DNA of 64,000 bases, from NCBI RefSeq assembly GCF_006345805.1, contig NC_043007.1:5456001-5520000 (forward strand), written 5' to 3'. Under the pieces are notes generated by a model. The model was not told the DNA's origin, searched no databases, and saw only the letters and a list, made by a program, of their open reading frames with translations. Source of the stretch: Octopus sinensis. Its lineage: Eukaryota. The position numbers and the translations under genes are program-made. Position 1 is the first letter of the stretch. Each line of letters begins with the position of its first letter. Of this stretch, positions 1 through 64,000 are shown in pieces.

Positions 1-280
1 ATGTATGCATGCATGTATGTGTGTATGTATGTATGCATGTCTGTATGTACGTATGTATGTATATATGTATGTATCCATGTATGTATGTATGTATGCATGT
101 ATGTTTGCATGCATACATGTATGTATGTATGCATGTATGTATGTATGTATGCATGTTTGTATGTATGTATGTATGCATGTTTGTATGTATGTATGTATGC
201 ATGTTTGTATGTATGCATGTATGTATGCATGTTTGCATGTATGTATGTATGCATGTATGTATGTTTGTATGCATGTATAT
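1..280 (+). repeat. (TATG)n/(CATG)n compound microsatellite
   Basis: Read directly; source of the spurious YVCM ORFs. Confidence 0.95.
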
Positions 281-320
281 TATCATTTCAAGGTGTAATG
301 TTCCCATAATAGACATTTAC

Positions 321-62504
<62,184 letters not shown>

Positions 62505-62586
62505 CTGAAATAAATTTGAATTCAAGATAAGTACAGATGCTCTTGTGTGTTTATAAGTGGTAAATGTCATGTAATTCTGTGGTGGA

Positions 62587-62592
62587 ATAATG

Positions 62593-62650
<58 letters not shown>

Positions 62651-62661
62651 TAATAATAATA

Positions 62662-62719
<58 letters not shown>

Positions 62720-62730
62720 TAATAATAATA

Positions 62731-62761
<31 letters not shown>

Positions 62762-62778
62762 TGATAATAATAATAATG

Positions 62779-62860
<82 letters not shown>
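62587..62860 (+). repeat. (AAT)n microsatellite, about 90 units
   Basis: Read directly. Confidence 0.97.
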
Positions 62861-62861
<1 letters not shown>

Positions 62862-63717
62862 ATAATGGGAATGACTGGAACAACAATCGAAATAATGTTA
62901 ATATTAATAATTATAGTAATAATGACAACAATAATGATAACAATAACAATGATGGCAATAATAGTAACAAAAACAACAACAACAACAGCAACAACAACAG
63001 TTATAATAATCTTAATGATTGGCGTTCAATACATATTTCTGCTTTGTAATTTGTGGAGGTTTAACTATTATATTCAGTGATGTTAAAGATTGAGTCTAGG
63101 GGAAGAAAAGAGAAGGAGTGAGGCAGAGAGAGAGAGAGGAGGGGTAAAGGAGAGAGAGAAAGAGAGAGATGAGGAACAGGGTAAATGTTTCCAGCGTGTA
63201 ATCTGCCAAGTTGCAGGACATGTTAAGTAAGATGTAAATAAATTTCACTGCAACCCAAGGAGTGTCAATGTGAAGACAGACATGTATACATACACACGTG
63301 CATACATATGCAAATACACAAATACATACGCACACACACATACAAGCACACACACACACACACACATATATATACAATAGGCTTCTGTACAGTTTCCATC
63401 TGCCAGTCTCACTCACAACAAAGAATTGGTCAATTTAAGGTCAAAGTAGAAGGCATTTATCCCAGACATCACAATGTGGGATTGAACTTAAAGCCACCTG
63501 GTTATCAAGCAATGAATCCGTATTTTTGCCCTATAAAAACAGGTTTTGTTCCTATTCTGGAAAAAATTATTGGTATTTCTGTCAGTATTTTAGTAAATGC
63601 AGTTTTAAGCAGACCTCAGACTTTCTTCCAACTGAAGATACCCCATGGCTGGATTACAAGGATGAACGTTTAATTCAGTTGTAACTCATTTAATTAGCAA
63701 CACTACATCAACAACAG

Positions 63718-63765
<48 letters not shown>

Positions 63766-64000
63766 TACTACTACTACTACTACTACTACAATCAATTTTA
63801 ATAATGTTAATAACAATGCATTCAAATTTTGGCAAAAGGCTGGGAATTTTAGGGTCTGAGGGAAAATCGTTTATATTGATCCCAGTATTTAAGTGTTACT
63901 TTAACTCCTCAACCTTGAAATGAGGAAAGACAATGTTGACCTTAGCAGTTTTTGAACTCTGAACCTAATGAGTTGGAAGTAATAAGGCCAGATAATAATA

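Noticed and set aside
63560-63660. Candidate further copine exon (PAMGYLQLEESL)
   Set aside because: Only a faint likeness to the C2A end, weak donor (GTCTGC), and the phase does not fit the 62504 exon.

Overview
AT-rich, microsatellite- and SINE-dense animal genomic DNA. The repeat style is most consistent with an octopus (coleoid cephalopod); this is an inference. The whole window lies inside one minus-strand gene, a copine (CPNE5/8/9-like Ca2+-dependent phospholipid-binding protein). I traced 13 consecutive GT-AG exons (62504 down to 321, 1064 nt, phases consistent throughout) encoding the C2A/C2B linker, the C2B domain and most of the VWA domain. The gene start and the last exon lie outside the window. 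The introns hold relics of Tc1, mariner, maT, Tc3-like, piggyBac, Penelope, CR1 and HERO-like elements plus several tRNA-derived SINE families. The most interesting object is in the 17.8-kb intron: a near-intact 6.2-kb Tx1-type (L1-superfamily) LINE and a second, independently diverged 5'-truncated copy, stacked head-to-tail and each bounded on both sides by (TATC)n. This is the pattern expected of a (TATC)n/(GATA)n-targeting retrotransposon. One SINE copy shares the 3' tail of this LINE. Other findings include (TA)n-embedded ~200-bp elements carrying decayed minimal hammerhead ribozymes, and a frame-preserving partial duplicate of a copine exon. All alignments and counts were done by eye; no database searches were run.
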